Source: a bacterium (GTDB taxonomy: Bacteria > SAR324 > NAC60-12). From it: a stretch of 64,000 nucleotides of DNA. This document shows positions 19,695-30,759 of the stretch, in pieces (within the stretch, counting starts at the first letter, position 1; every line of letters begins with the position of its first letter). The DNA lies in assembly GCA_965205865.1 (NCBI GenBank), contig CBDBHR010000025.1:32001-96000 (forward strand). Reading direction: 5' to 3'. The notes under the pieces were generated by a model that worked only from the letters and a program-made list of their open reading frames with translations, had not been told where the DNA came from and did not search any database. The position numbers were made by a program, and so were the translations under genes.

Positions 19695-20021
19695 ATGGAA
19701 GCGTTGAGTATTTCTGAGGGACGCAAACGTTTGTTTGAGTTGAGGGAGCAAATTGTATCTGACCATGACCAAGTAATTCTCATGCGCAAAGGAGGGAACG
19801 TGGTCTCGATTTCAATGGATGAATGGGAAACATGCAAAGAAACCCAACGCCTTCTCAGAGACAAAGAAGCCCTGAAAGCACTTATTCAATCTTTCGATGA
19901 TCATGATTCCGGAAAAAAACGAGGTCAATCGGCAAATAAGGCGTTAGGAAAACTACTTGACAACGACCTCTCTCTTAAAAGAATCGATGAAGCCGGACGG
20001 CACCCAAGAAGTAGTGATTGA
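19695..20021 (+). CDS. Phd/YefM family antitoxin (orphan)
   Basis: SISEGRKRLFEL..VILMRKGGNVVSISMDEWE..ET. Confidence 0.85.
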   Translation: MEALSISEGRKRLFELREQIVSDHDQVILMRKGGNVVSISMDEWETCKETQRLLRDKEALKALIQSFDDHDSGKKRGQSANKALGKLLDNDLSLKRIDEAGRHPRSSD

Positions 20022-20931
20022 CGTAAAATCCGTCAGCAAATCATTCAAAGAAGTGCAAGCCGTCAAAAATCTCGACTTGCAAATACGACGGGGAGAATTT
20101 GTTGCCTTGCTCGGTCCCAATGGCGCAGGCAAAACGACCCTGGTGGAAATGATTGAAGGGATTCAATTTCCCGATGCGGGAGAAATTCGTTTGTTTGGCA
20201 GGACCTGGAACGAAGGGGCATCCTTCATCCGCCTGAAAATGGGACTGGCCCTGCAAGAAACTCGTTTTTTTGATAAATTGACAGTCGAAGAAACACTCGA
20301 TTTGTTCGCACAGTTTTACCGGATGGATCGCAGCAGAACCGATACCATATTGGCACTCGTCGATCTGCAAGAAAAGAGAAAGACTTATACCGTCCATTTA
20401 TCCGGAGGCCAACGACAACGATTGGCCCTCGGCGTCTCGTTGGTCAATGACCCGGAACTCCTTTTATTGGATGAACCAACCACCGGACTGGACCCGAATG
20501 CGCGACGGAGTATCTGGAACATACTGGAATCTTTGAAATCCAAAGGGACCACCATGATCTTGACCACCCACTACATGGAAGAGGCCGAACATCTCTGTGA
20601 ACGGATCATCTTTATGAACCAGGGAGTTTTTTTGGGACAAGGCAGTCTGGAAGAACTATTAACCGCTCATGGTTCGGGGGATTTGATCGAATTCAATATC
20701 AATCAGGAATTGCCCGGCGAGGCGATGGGCGCCATCCGGGGGTATCTGGATTTCACTTGGAATGAGGAAGCGAAGTCAGGAAAACTGAGTGTTGAAAATA
20801 CCACCACCGCCTTACCCGATTTATTGAAAGTCGTTGAGAACAATGGCTTGCTGCTCCATGAACTGCAATGCCGACGGCCGACACTGGATGACCTTTTTAT
20901 CACCCTGACAGGGAGACATTTGAATGACTAA
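19987..20931 (+). CDS. ABC-2 type transporter ATP-binding protein
   Basis: GPNGAGKTT, LSGGQ, LLLDEPT, TTHYMEEA. Confidence 0.95.
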   Translation: MKPDGTQEVVIDVKSVSKSFKEVQAVKNLDLQIRRGEFVALLGPNGAGKTTLVEMIEGIQFPDAGEIRLFGRTWNEGASFIRLKMGLALQETRFFDKLTVEETLDLFAQFYRMDRSRTDTILALVDLQEKRKTYTVHLSGGQRQRLALGVSLVNDPELLLLDEPTTGLDPNARRSIWNILESLKSKGTTMILTTHYMEEAEHLCERIIFMNQGVFLGQGSLEELLTAHGSGDLIEFNINQELPGEAMGAIRGYLDFTWNEEAKSGKLSVENTTTALPDLLKVVENNGLLLHELQCRRPTLDDLFITLTGRHLND

Positions 20932-22030
20932 CATGGTGTTTCAATTGATGACGACCCAATTTCGCATTTTTTTCCGGGAACCCGGTGTTTTATTCTGGGT
21001 GTTCGGATTCCCCATTTTAATGGCAACCATTCTGGGAGTTGCCTTTCAACAGGGGGAGGACGAGCAGGTCCGCATCGGCATACTCTCCGGAAACGCCTCA
21101 GCAGTGGGCTCCTTTCAGAGTTGGATGGAAGGCTTGCCCGAGACCCGGCGGGAAAAATCGGAATATGGCGCAGAGTGGCATGTAAATGTAGGCGAACAAA
21201 AGGCTGAAAGGGCTCGTTTTTCATTTTTGTCGACTGAGCGCGAGCAAGCGCTGCGTTTGATCAAACGTGGCGTCATTTCTCTTTTTATCGAAGCCGATTC
21301 CCACTCCATCACCTTCCATTTCGATCCCCGGAACAGCGGAGCGCGCTTGAATTATTTGCTGATTAAAAATGCCTTGCGGGAAGGAGCTCTGCAATCATTG
21401 GAAATCAAAACCTCGCCATTGAGTTCGGCAGGCAGTCGTTATATCGATTTTCTCATCCCGGGGCTGATGGCCCTGGGAGTGATGAATTCCTGCATCTGGG
21501 GAATCGGATGGAGCTTGATCGAAATGAGGATGAAAAAGCTTCTGAGACGCTTGATTGCCACTCCCATGAGAAAATCGGCACTGCTCTTTTCCAGTTTTAT
21601 GAACCGGTTTTTATTGAGCTCCTTCGAACTATTGGTGCTTTTCACTTTCGCCATGATTACCTTCGATCTCGAAATCCAGGGGCGTGTTTTCGATATCGTT
21701 CTCTTGATTTTCTGTGGAAATATCGCCTTTGCGGGAATCGCTATTTTGATGTCTTCGCGAACGGAAAGTACCATTGTGGGAAATGGCTTGATCAACGCCA
21801 TTACGCTGCCTATGATGGCCTTATCCGGAATTTTTTTCAGCTATCATAATTTTCCCGGGTGGAGCATCCCGATCGTCCAAGCGCTGCCATTGACACTGCT
21901 TGCCGACGCAATGAGGAGCATCATCATCGAAGGCGCCAGTATCGTCGAAATGACCGTGCCGATACTCAGTTTGATCGCAACCGGTTTGATCGCATCGATG
22001 ATTGGTTTGAAATTTTATAAATGGCATTGA
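20924..22030 (+). CDS. ABC-2 type transporter permease
   Basis: FFREP..FW..FP, YIDFLIPG, LRRLIATP, LSGIFF, LPLT; multiple hydrophobic segments. Confidence 0.9.
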   Translation: MTNMVFQLMTTQFRIFFREPGVLFWVFGFPILMATILGVAFQQGEDEQVRIGILSGNASAVGSFQSWMEGLPETRREKSEYGAEWHVNVGEQKAERARFSFLSTEREQALRLIKRGVISLFIEADSHSITFHFDPRNSGARLNYLLIKNALREGALQSLEIKTSPLSSAGSRYIDFLIPGLMALGVMNSCIWGIGWSLIEMRMKKLLRRLIATPMRKSALLFSSFMNRFLLSSFELLVLFTFAMITFDLEIQGRVFDIVLLIFCGNIAFAGIAILMSSRTESTIVGNGLINAITLPMMALSGIFFSYHNFPGWSIPIVQALPLTLLADAMRSIIIEGASIVEMTVPILSLIATGLIASMIGLKFYKWH

Positions 22031-22317
22031 TCCGGACTTGGGACATTCGATTTATTTTTTTAATTTTCATTATTCAATAATATCAGTTGGTTGAAATTCT
22101 GTAAAAAATAATACAGGTTGCTGTTTTCCGTTTTTGATGATACGACCTGTATTAATTCCAATACAGATTCGTAAGACTTTGATTTTATTAAACCCAAAAG
22201 TTGGACAAATTCGCCTGAATTTTTCAGTCAACGGCCACGTCCTATAAATTGCGCACCTGATTCGAATCTCAAAATCGATCGAAACGCCTTTGACGGGCCT
22301 GGAAAGATGGAGGAAAC

Positions 22318-22779
22318 ATGTTGAGAACGATCAGCGAAAAAGAACTCGATGGTATCCTGAGAGAGCACAAGACGTGGCTTGATTCAGGAAAAAAAGAAGG
22401 GACTCGCGCCGATTTGGGCAATGCCGATCTGGCCCAAACGATGCTGATCAGAACCGATCTCCGCGAAGCCGTTCTCAGAGGAGCGAATCTCAGCGAGGCG
22501 GACTTGAGCGAGGCTAACCTGACGGGGGCCGACCTGGCTGAATCAAACCTCAGTCATGGTTTTCTCTTCAAAACGAATCTGAGCCACGCCGACCTTCACC
22601 ATGCCAACTTGACGGGAGCCAAACTGGCATGGACCAAACTGAGCTTCAGCAATCTCAGGGACGCTGATTTGAGAGAATCCGCGTTGCTGAGAGCGGACAT
22701 GAACGATGCTCGATATTCAAAAGACACTCGATTTCCCGACGACTTCGACCCTCGAAAACGAGGAATGGTGCTGGAATAA
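22318..22779 (+). CDS. Pentapeptide repeat protein
   Basis: Tandem A(D/N)LXX repeats; C-terminal TRFPDDFDP..GM; GGAGG RBS. Confidence 0.9.
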   Translation: MLRTISEKELDGILREHKTWLDSGKKEGTRADLGNADLAQTMLIRTDLREAVLRGANLSEADLSEANLTGADLAESNLSHGFLFKTNLSHADLHHANLTGAKLAWTKLSFSNLRDADLRESALLRADMNDARYSKDTRFPDDFDPRKRGMVLE

Positions 22780-23261
22780 GCAAAGAACCCGGTCGTCTGA
22801 AATTGCTCGCCATTGTCCGCTCCTGGCATGCGCTGATGGAAACAGAACTTATCAAATTTGAAATCGAAAAAACCCTCACGAGTGGACAAAAAATTCTTCC
22901 AGGAAAAGAAGTCGAATCAAGGATTGCTGAGGTTCTCAATGCCTGATTGGTATGAAGATGCCGCCACCCTTTTGGTAGAAATAGCGAAACAGATAGTCCC
23001 CCTCTTGAGTGTTGGTACCTGTTCCCAGTATAATTCACCCTGTGAAGTGTTGGGATTTTGCAAATAGACGGCATTTTCCGGCGTGGTTACCCCGGTTTAC
23101 AGTTATTTTTCCCGATTTTCAGAGGAACAACACTCAAGCGGACGACTATCGGAATTAGAGACAAAAGTGAAACACGAGGCTGCTAAACGTGGGCTTGTTG
23201 TTTGACGAAGCTGAACCAAGAGGTAAGTTGAGATAAAAGCGAATGATAGTGGAGAGGAAAT

Positions 23262-24437
23262 ATGGCGGTGATAGACCGGATTGCGAAGATGCATCAGGAA
23301 ATGACAGTTTGGCGGCGGGATATCCATTCACACCCTGAACTAGGCTTTGAAGAGACACGGACCTCTGACATTGTTGCAGCGAAGTTGAAAGAATTTGGCT
23401 GCGAAGTGCATCGGGGGCTTGGTAAAACCGGTGTTGTAGGGTCGTTGCGTATCGGGAATTCCACACGCGCTATTGGCCTACGAGCTGATATGGACGCATT
23501 GCCCATTCAAGAAGAAAATATCTTTGATCACCGTTCTACCGAGGATGGAAAGATGCACGCCTGTGGCCATGACGGCCATACTACCATGCTGCTGGGTGCT
23601 GCGAAATATCTAGCAGAAACAGGTAATTTTGAAGGCCAGGTCCATTTTATCTTCCAACCTGCCGAAGAAGGCATCGGTGGTGCCCAGGCCATGATAGACG
23701 ATGGGCTTTTTGAAATGTTTCCATGTGATGCCATTTTTGGCATGCACAACAGACCAAAGTTAGATTCGGGTAAATTTGCTGTACGTTCCGGCGCGATGAT
23801 GGCTGGCGGTGCGTTTTTTGATGTTGATATTACGGGATATGGAGCCCATGGAGCACGCCCGGAATCGAGTGTTGATCCGGTGGTGGTGGCAGCCCATATT
23901 GTCACTGCATTGCAGTCAATCGTCTCGCGCAATGTAAGCCCTTTGGATACTGCGGTTGTTTCAACGACCCGGATCAATTCCGGGGAGGCTTATAACGTGA
24001 TTCCTCAGACTGCTCGACTGTCCGGTACAGTACGGGCATTTTCTTCTGAGGTCATGGATTTGGTGGAAAAGCGGATGATTCAGATTGCCAAAGGTATCGC
24101 CGAAGGCTTTGGCGCTACTGTGAAAGTGGATTTCCGGGTGATTTTTGCCCCGACCATCAACCACGCGCAAGAAGCGGAATTTGCTGCTAAGATTTGTCGG
24201 GAAATTGTCGGCGCAGATCGGGTAGAACGTAACCCACCACTGATTATGGCATCGGAGGACTTTTCCTTCATGCTGAATAAAGTGCCGGGGTGTTACATCA
24301 ATATTGGCAACGGACAAGGTGAGGGAGCTTGTGAAGTGCATAACCCCGGTTATGATTTCAACGACGAAGTCTTACCCATCGGAGCTGGTTTTTTTGCCAG
24401 ATTGATAGAAACCCGTCTGGCAAAAGAAGCTATTTGA
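23262..24437 (+). CDS. M20 family amidohydrolase (hippurate hydrolase-like)
   Basis: HPELGFEE, RADMDALP, MHACGHDGH, FQPAEE, SEDF. Confidence 0.93.
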   Translation: MAVIDRIAKMHQEMTVWRRDIHSHPELGFEETRTSDIVAAKLKEFGCEVHRGLGKTGVVGSLRIGNSTRAIGLRADMDALPIQEENIFDHRSTEDGKMHACGHDGHTTMLLGAAKYLAETGNFEGQVHFIFQPAEEGIGGAQAMIDDGLFEMFPCDAIFGMHNRPKLDSGKFAVRSGAMMAGGAFFDVDITGYGAHGARPESSVDPVVVAAHIVTALQSIVSRNVSPLDTAVVSTTRINSGEAYNVIPQTARLSGTVRAFSSEVMDLVEKRMIQIAKGIAEGFGATVKVDFRVIFAPTINHAQEAEFAAKICREIVGADRVERNPPLIMASEDFSFMLNKVPGCYINIGNGQGEGACEVHNPGYDFNDEVLPIGAGFFARLIETRLAKEAI

Positions 24438-24747
24438 TTCAGTTTTTCAGAGATTGAACCGGGTATCTTATTTTTTTCCTCATACCCAAGGGTTGCGCCA
24501 AAGCATTCCAATCGATTTCTGCTTCATCAGTGTTCGCCAGTCGGTTTGAAACGTTTCGATTTGATCGAACCTCTTTTCATCCGGCAGCCGTTTTTTCCCC
24601 TAACCGACCCCTGGACTCAAACAGGTCGCCGCCTTCATCAGGGCATTTTGTTTTTCACAGGAGGGCCAACGATCAAAATAGGCCTTCACCCCTTCTGAGA
24701 CCTCAAAGAGGGTTAAAGAATTTCTGCTGGTCTTTCGTTTACTTTTG

Positions 24748-24901
24748 TGATAGTTTTCAAGAAATCGCCTTTGGCTGAAGGATTTTAAGAATTTCGGCTT
24801 GTTTTTCTATTTCTTTTTTGATATTTTTCAACGAAATCGCCTTTGGCTGTCAGAAGGGCAATTTTGATAGTTTTCAAGAAAACGCCTTTGGCTGACAGAA
24901 G
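24748..24901. repeat. Three ~33-bp direct repeats
   Basis: TGATAGTTTTCAAGAAATCGCCTTTGGCTG variants at 24748, 24819 and 24865. Confidence 0.8.
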
Positions 24902-25308
24902 AAAAATAATGAGATCCTTACGCTTTGCTCAGGATGACATGAAAGTCTGAAATTAACCCGTTTCAAGTATAAAAAATCTTGTTAATGAGGTGGATATGAG
25001 AGTAAACTCAAAAATTAGTTCCCAGTAATAAGTTCCGAGCACCAAGCTCCCAATCACAAGTTCTACCCCCTTATATTATCTCGACTTCAGGGAGAGATCC
25101 CTAAGATTCCTCGTTCCCAATTCCCCGTTCCCCGTTTCGGGAAGGGAACGTCAATGAATTTGGAAAATCATGGGCGCCTGAGTGCGTTCTTCAACCTAAA
25201 TAACAAGAAAGGAAAAATTATGGAGATGACCAAAAATAAAAGAAGCAATGGTAGGGGAACAAATCCTTTTTTAATTTTGTTTTTAATCAAAAAGCAGAAA
25301 GGAGCACC

Positions 25309-27224
25309 ATGAACCGTCAAAAAAGTAGAGAAAACGTCGAGAACGTGCTTTCGGGAGCGAAAGCAGGTTTTAAATCAATCCTTAATTTTGAACATGCAAT
25401 CGAAAGGAACAAGATGGAAAATCAAAAAAGCAAATCAACCTTCAGTGCAATTCTGATGTCCCTCACCCTGATGGTGGCAGTTTTCCTTGCCGGTCCGGCT
25501 GCCGCCCAGAAGAAGTATGTGACGGATCCCTCCACCGGCAAGGTGGTGTCCGCGCCAGAGTATGGCGGGATAATCACCTATTCGCAGCCTTATAACCCTC
25601 CGAGTCCTGACGTCTATATCCATCACGATGCGGCAGAAGCCCTCGGTGTGGTTGTAGAGACGCTAGCCATCGCGGACTGGGCACTAGATAGGGACGTATT
25701 TAACTATAGAACATCGTACATGCCTGACTTTGTCTGGCGAGGGCACCTGGCTGAAAGCTGGGAAACACCCTACCCACTAACTATCGTCTTGCATATCCGC
25801 AAGGGTGTTCACTAGCACGATAAGGCGCCGATGAACGATCGGAAATAAAACCATTTCCGAGCTAACTGCCACGGATATCGAATATAACTTGCACTGTTAT
25901 TTGGGTCAGGGCAGCGGCTTCACCGAACCGAATCCCAAGTACGCCTTTCTCCCGTTCATGAATCTGCCATGGGAATCGATAACGGCCACCGACGATCGGA
26001 CGGTTGTTCTTAGGCTGACGAAGGCAGACCCCGACGCGCTACAGCTAATTTTTCAAAGCGTCCAGACTTTTATATACCCCCCCGAGGTAATCAAGGAACA
26101 CGGCGACCTTTCCGATTGGCGTAATGTGGTCGGCACCGGGCCCTTTGAGCTGACTGACTGGGTCGAGGGCAGCTCTATGACCTGGATCAAGAATCTTAAC
26201 TACTGGGGCTACGACGAAAAATACCCGGAGAATCGCTTGCCCTATGTTGACGGGTTACAGATGCTGGTTATGCCAGACGTAGCAACACGTATGGCGGCAT
26301 TACGCTCGGGAAAGATTGATGGACTGGCTGCGTTTCTCGGCTGGAGTCAACTAAAGTCTATGGACCAGGTAGACAGCCTTAGGAAGACCAACCCCGAACT
26401 GGTGATGGAGCCGTTTTCATTTCGGTCGATGTCGTCTTGGACTGCTAACTCGAGGAGGGCGCCCTTTGACGACGTCAGGGTACGCCACGCAATGCAGATG
26501 GCACTGGACCTTGACACAATTAACGCTGCGTACTGGAAGGGTTATGCAGATACGATACCCCAGGGGAAGATAGGGGGCAGGTACGGCCGGGTATTTCATC
26601 CCATTTGCAGACTGGCCTGAAGAGCTCAAGGGATACTATACCTATGACCCGGAAGGGGCAGAAGCGTTGCTTGATGAGGCTGGATATCCGCGCGGCGCCG
26701 ACGGCATTAGATTCAAGACCGTCTTGCAAGTGAGCCTCCCGATTTTTGCAGCCTATGTACAGAATAGCGAATTAGCTGCCTCCTACTGGGCTGCGATTGG
26801 CGTTGATGTAGAGGTTAGGGAGACTGAGACTTCTGTTCTTAGGGCAAGGGTTGATGAAGGTGATTTTGATATGTTCACTACTGCTTCGGGTTCGGATACC
26901 GGGGCTCTCATTCAGATACTTATGCACAAGTCGGACTCTACTTACAACCCCCCCAACGTCCGGGACCCGGTTTATGACGCCATGGTTGCAGAGGTCCAAG
27001 CCGCTACCACCATTGAGCAGCGGAAGAGGCTGGTTAAACCGATAGATATGTACATGACAGAAAAGCACTGGTATATATGGGGTTCCAGAGTTCCGCAGTT
27101 TAACGTGGTCCAGCCGTGGCTGGTAGGTTACGCCGGTGAAACCGAATTGGGAGAGACTGATCGTGCACTAATCGCGGCCCGCGTCTGGATCGATAGTGCG
27201 CTGAAAAAAGAAGTGGGTTACTAA
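25309..27224 (+). pseudogene. Family 5 ABC substrate-binding protein pseudogene; SBP2
   Basis: Trp-to-TAG at 25813, 16-bp insertion at 25843-25858 and an extra G in a G run near 26575; fragments colinear with SBP1 and SBP3. Confidence 0.9.
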
Positions 27225-27306
27225 GGATTCTCGGGAGAGCTGGGTGGCTCAAGCTTCCTAGCTCCCTTACTTAACTTATTGAACACCGGGAGGAGTCCTT
27301 TCGTAC

Positions 27307-27442
27307 TGTCATCCCGGACTTGATCCGGGATCCAGGAGTTCTTGGGTAGGTCCCCTAGATTCCGGGTCAAGCCCGGAATGACAAATCAAACTAAATAGTC
27401 GTTCCTGAAACAAGCCTCAACTATATCCTGACAGCAGTTCTA
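27307..27442. mobile_element. Partial copy of the REP-bearing MITE at 16520-16693
   Basis: Reverse complement aligns over ~135 bp with 16522-16657. Confidence 0.7.
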
Positions 27443-27468
27443 ATCCGCAGAATGATGAGGAGTGTCAC

Positions 27469-28470
27469 ATGAGAGCCTATATCATCAGGCGGTTATTGCT
27501 CGTAATCCCCACTCTGTTTATCTTGACTGTCCTGGTCTTCCTCACCGTGCGTCTTATCCCGGGCGATATAATAGACGCAATGTTGGCCGACTTGTCTTAC
27601 TATTACGCGTGGATAGACCGTGAAGCTCCTGAGGCGAAATTGGGATTGGACGTGCCTGTCTACGTGCAGTATGGACGCTGGATAGGAGTGTTGCCGACTC
27701 CTGACTGGGTTACCGGTGAGTCCCACTTCAAAGGTCTTCTCCAGGGCAACCTTGGCCACTCAATGATTCGCGGCAAGGTGGCGGTAGACGAGTTGATAAT
27801 AGGTAGACTGCCGGTAACCATTGAGCTCGGTGTCCTGGCAATCGTAATCGGGCTCGTGATCGCCCTGCCCGTTGGTATCTACTCGGCGATTCGCCAGGAT
27901 ACCGCCGCCGACTACGCAGGGCGAACCGTCGCCATCCTCGGCCTGGCAACGCCTAACTTCTGGCTGGGAATGATGGTCATGATCTTCCCGGCAATCTGGT
28001 GGGGCTGGACGCCCCCGCTGAAGCTGATTCCTTTCACCGAAGACCCGCTGGGCAATCTCGGGATGTTCCTCCTTCCCAGCCTGATCGTGGGGACGGCCAC
28101 GGCTGCAAGCACCATGCGGATGACGCGTACCATGATGCTTGAGGTGCTCAGGCAGGACTATATCAGGACCTCCTGGTCCAAGGGTCTCAAGGAGAGGGTA
28201 GTCGTTCTGAGACACGCCCTGAAGAATGCACTCATCCCGGTTGTCACCCTGATAGGCATGGAGTTGCCTATCGTGGTTGGTGGCGCCGTTATCATGGAGA
28301 ACATATTCAACCTACCGCGGCTAGGTCAGCTCATGGTGAATGCCCTCAATGACAGAGACTACCCGCTGATCTCCGGGATCAACCTGTTTTTCGCCACGGC
28401 GGTTGTGGGGATCAATCTAATGATCGACCTGATTTATGCTTTCTTGGACCCAAGGGTCCGTTATAAATAA
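27469..28470 (+). CDS. Peptide/nickel ABC transporter permease (DppB/OppB-like)
   Basis: YIIRRLL, PGD, RLPVTIEL, PNFWLG, QDYIRT, HALKNA, LDPRVRY. Confidence 0.93.
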   Translation: MRAYIIRRLLLVIPTLFILTVLVFLTVRLIPGDIIDAMLADLSYYYAWIDREAPEAKLGLDVPVYVQYGRWIGVLPTPDWVTGESHFKGLLQGNLGHSMIRGKVAVDELIIGRLPVTIELGVLAIVIGLVIALPVGIYSAIRQDTAADYAGRTVAILGLATPNFWLGMMVMIFPAIWWGWTPPLKLIPFTEDPLGNLGMFLLPSLIVGTATAASTMRMTRTMMLEVLRQDYIRTSWSKGLKERVVVLRHALKNALIPVVTLIGMELPIVVGGAVIMENIFNLPRLGQLMVNALNDRDYPLISGINLFFATAVVGINLMIDLIYAFLDPRVRYK

Positions 28471-28486
28471 AGGAAAAACAGAGAGT

Positions 28487-29455
28487 ATGAGTGACGCCAC
28501 AGGGATACCATCAGCAGCAAGTGCGCCAAAGAGACGTGCCGGTCTGGCTGATTTCTTTGTCAGGCTGTGGAAGGAGAAGCCACTGGGTACTGTCAGCGGG
28601 ATTATCATATTGATATTGATTCTAGTCGCTATCTTTGCTGATGTTCTGGCCCCTTATCCATATATTGAAGTACACCTGATAGACCGGCTTCAGGGCCCAT
28701 CAGCACAGTATCTGCTGGGTACCGACGGGTTGGGGCGAGACCTCTTGAGCCGCCTTATCTACGGGGCTCGTATTTCGTTATTTGTCGGTCTGGCGGCGAC
28801 CACTATCAATGTTTTGGTCGCCGTCCTGCTCGGCGGCACTTCAGGATTCCTTGGCGGTAAGTTGGACCTGGGTGTGCAGAGATTTGTCGATGCCTGGATT
28901 GCTTTCCCGGGACTGCTCCTGTTGTTAACCATCATGTCCATAGTGGGGCGGGGTGTGCCACAGATAATAGTGGTCCTGGGGATAGCCGGAGGCATCGGCG
29001 CCTCCCGAGTCGTCAGAGGCGCCGTTATTGGTGTTAAAGAGAATGACTATTTTCTGGCAGCCAGGGCTGTGGGTACCCCCACGAGCCTAATCCTGGTCCG
29101 CCATGTCCTGCCCAATATTATGGCGCCTGTCATCATCATATTTAGCATCAACGTCGGTGGCGTAATCCTGAGTGCGGCTTCTCTGAGCTTTCTCGGATTC
29201 GGGCTGCCAGTCGAAATTCCTGAGTGGGGAAGTCTTCTCAGCCGGGACGGGCGTGAGTACATGGAGATGGCGCCATACCTGGCTTTCTGGCCTGGTCTTT
29301 GCCTGACTATTACCATTTACAGTCTAAACATGTTCGGTGACGCCGTGAGGGACCTGCTCGACCCCAGGCTCAGGGGCGGAGAGGGCAGTTACGGCACTGC
29401 GGTGGTGAAACGCAAACGAGGCTTCCTCTCCAGACTGCTCAACCCTTTCAACTAG
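28487..29455 (+). CDS. Peptide/nickel ABC transporter permease (DppC/OppC-like)
   Basis: LGTDGLGRD..GARISL, RHVLPN, SLSFLGFG, GDAVRDLLDPR. Confidence 0.93.
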   Translation: MSDATGIPSAASAPKRRAGLADFFVRLWKEKPLGTVSGIIILILILVAIFADVLAPYPYIEVHLIDRLQGPSAQYLLGTDGLGRDLLSRLIYGARISLFVGLAATTINVLVAVLLGGTSGFLGGKLDLGVQRFVDAWIAFPGLLLLLTIMSIVGRGVPQIIVVLGIAGGIGASRVVRGAVIGVKENDYFLAARAVGTPTSLILVRHVLPNIMAPVIIIFSINVGGVILSAASLSFLGFGLPVEIPEWGSLLSRDGREYMEMAPYLAFWPGLCLTITIYSLNMFGDAVRDLLDPRLRGGEGSYGTAVVKRKRGFLSRLLNPFN

Positions 29456-29522
29456 TAAGCAAACCAAAAGAGCCTGTCCCTGTTACAGACGTGGTTGTCG
29501 TGAGAAACCAAAGAAAAAGAGC

Positions 29523-30108
29523 TTATACATCCGGATCTATTCCAGCTTTTTTCAAGATTTCTCTGAGACGTTTTTCTCTAGCTGCTGTCTCTTCCTCTCT
29601 CCGCAAGGCAGCTTCTCTTTCTTGCAGGGCATCTTCAAAGAGCTTTTGCCTTGTTTTTTCTTCACGGATGGCAATTTGACGGGCTTGGTATAAATGATAA
29701 TTCGCTTCTTTTTCAGAAAATCGTTTTAAGACTGCCATTGCTTGCCTCATTTCAGGGGTGTTGATTATTTCGGGTAGTTCCCTCCAGTTTTCGGCTTTGC
29801 AGTTGGGATCGATAAATATCGCTCCATGTGTAGAGCATCCTCTCCGGCAAATGTGGAAATACGGATAGTTGAATTTCTATCTGGTAGCTGGTTTTATTTT
29901 CATCTTTGGCTTTGACATCGACTATCGTCAATTTGTCCGAATAAAACTCGCGTTCATTGTAGGGGTTGAGGATTTCAACATCCGAAATGGGAGACTTTGG
30001 AACCAAAACACCGTTGAGGAAATCAATCAATAAATTTGTATTTTCTTCTGACCCCAAAATGCTCATAAAGACACAATCTACTGTCGGAGAAATGGCATGT
30101 TTCAACAT
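29523..30108 (-). pseudogene. Rpn family recombination-promoting nuclease / putative transposase, internally deleted
   Basis: N-terminus SPTVDCVF..VDVKAKD..IEIQ..RMLY joined out of frame to C-terminus ENWRELP..EMRQAM..YQARQ. Confidence 0.85.
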
Positions 30109-30374
30109 GACGATCCTAAAAGAAGGGGAACAAGAAATCACTTGTTTTCAGTAAGTATATCAAACCGTTTGGGCAACAGCGAGATTTATTTGTTTTCGCT
30201 TTGTCTCAAAGTCATTTTCTCGATTACTCTAGACTGCTCTATGTCTGAATTTGGCATTTATCAATCTTCGCCGAATGGTTCTCCTTTCGTGAAAAGGGGT
30301 CAAAAGGGGTCAGGTTGTGCGCCAGGAAAGCTTAAATCCGGGGACAGTTACTAATTTCTAAATAAGGAGCGATC

Positions 30375-30759
30375 ATGTCTACACAAAATAACGCTAACAA
30401 CAAGGAGCAGCTCTTATTGCCCGGCCGTCTGGGTGATCCCCAGAGGGACTGGAGGACCGATCCGCGCCTTGACCCTTTTATGATCACCGCGCTCGTCCAG
30501 TGTGGCTTAGACGATGCTGCGGCGCCTGCACCGGTGAACGCGGACTCGCCCCTGGAGGAAAAGCGCGACTTTTATGCAGAACTCGAGCCTGACCATGAAG
30601 TCCGGTTCAAAGCTTTGAACCCGGACCTTCCCCCGATTGAGAATGTGGAGCGGCGTAGCGAGGTCATCAAAGGGGAGGGTGGAGTTCCGCAATGGCGCGG
30701 GCAAGCTGGGGAAACATCCCTTCCCCGCTGGCCTCAATGACTGCATGAGACGTTGCTGA
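30375..30759 (+). pseudogene. Alpha/beta hydrolase (esterase) remnant
   Basis: N-terminus LPGRLGDP..TDPRLDP, then in another frame VEFRNGAGKLGKHPFPAGLNDC; catalytic core absent. Confidence 0.7.

Noticed and set aside
22858-23067. Small ORF after the pentapeptide gene
   Set aside because: No clear RBS or motif; cannot be supported.
24748-24901. Possible mini CRISPR array
   Set aside because: Spacers are very unequal, repeats are degenerate and there are no cas genes in the window.
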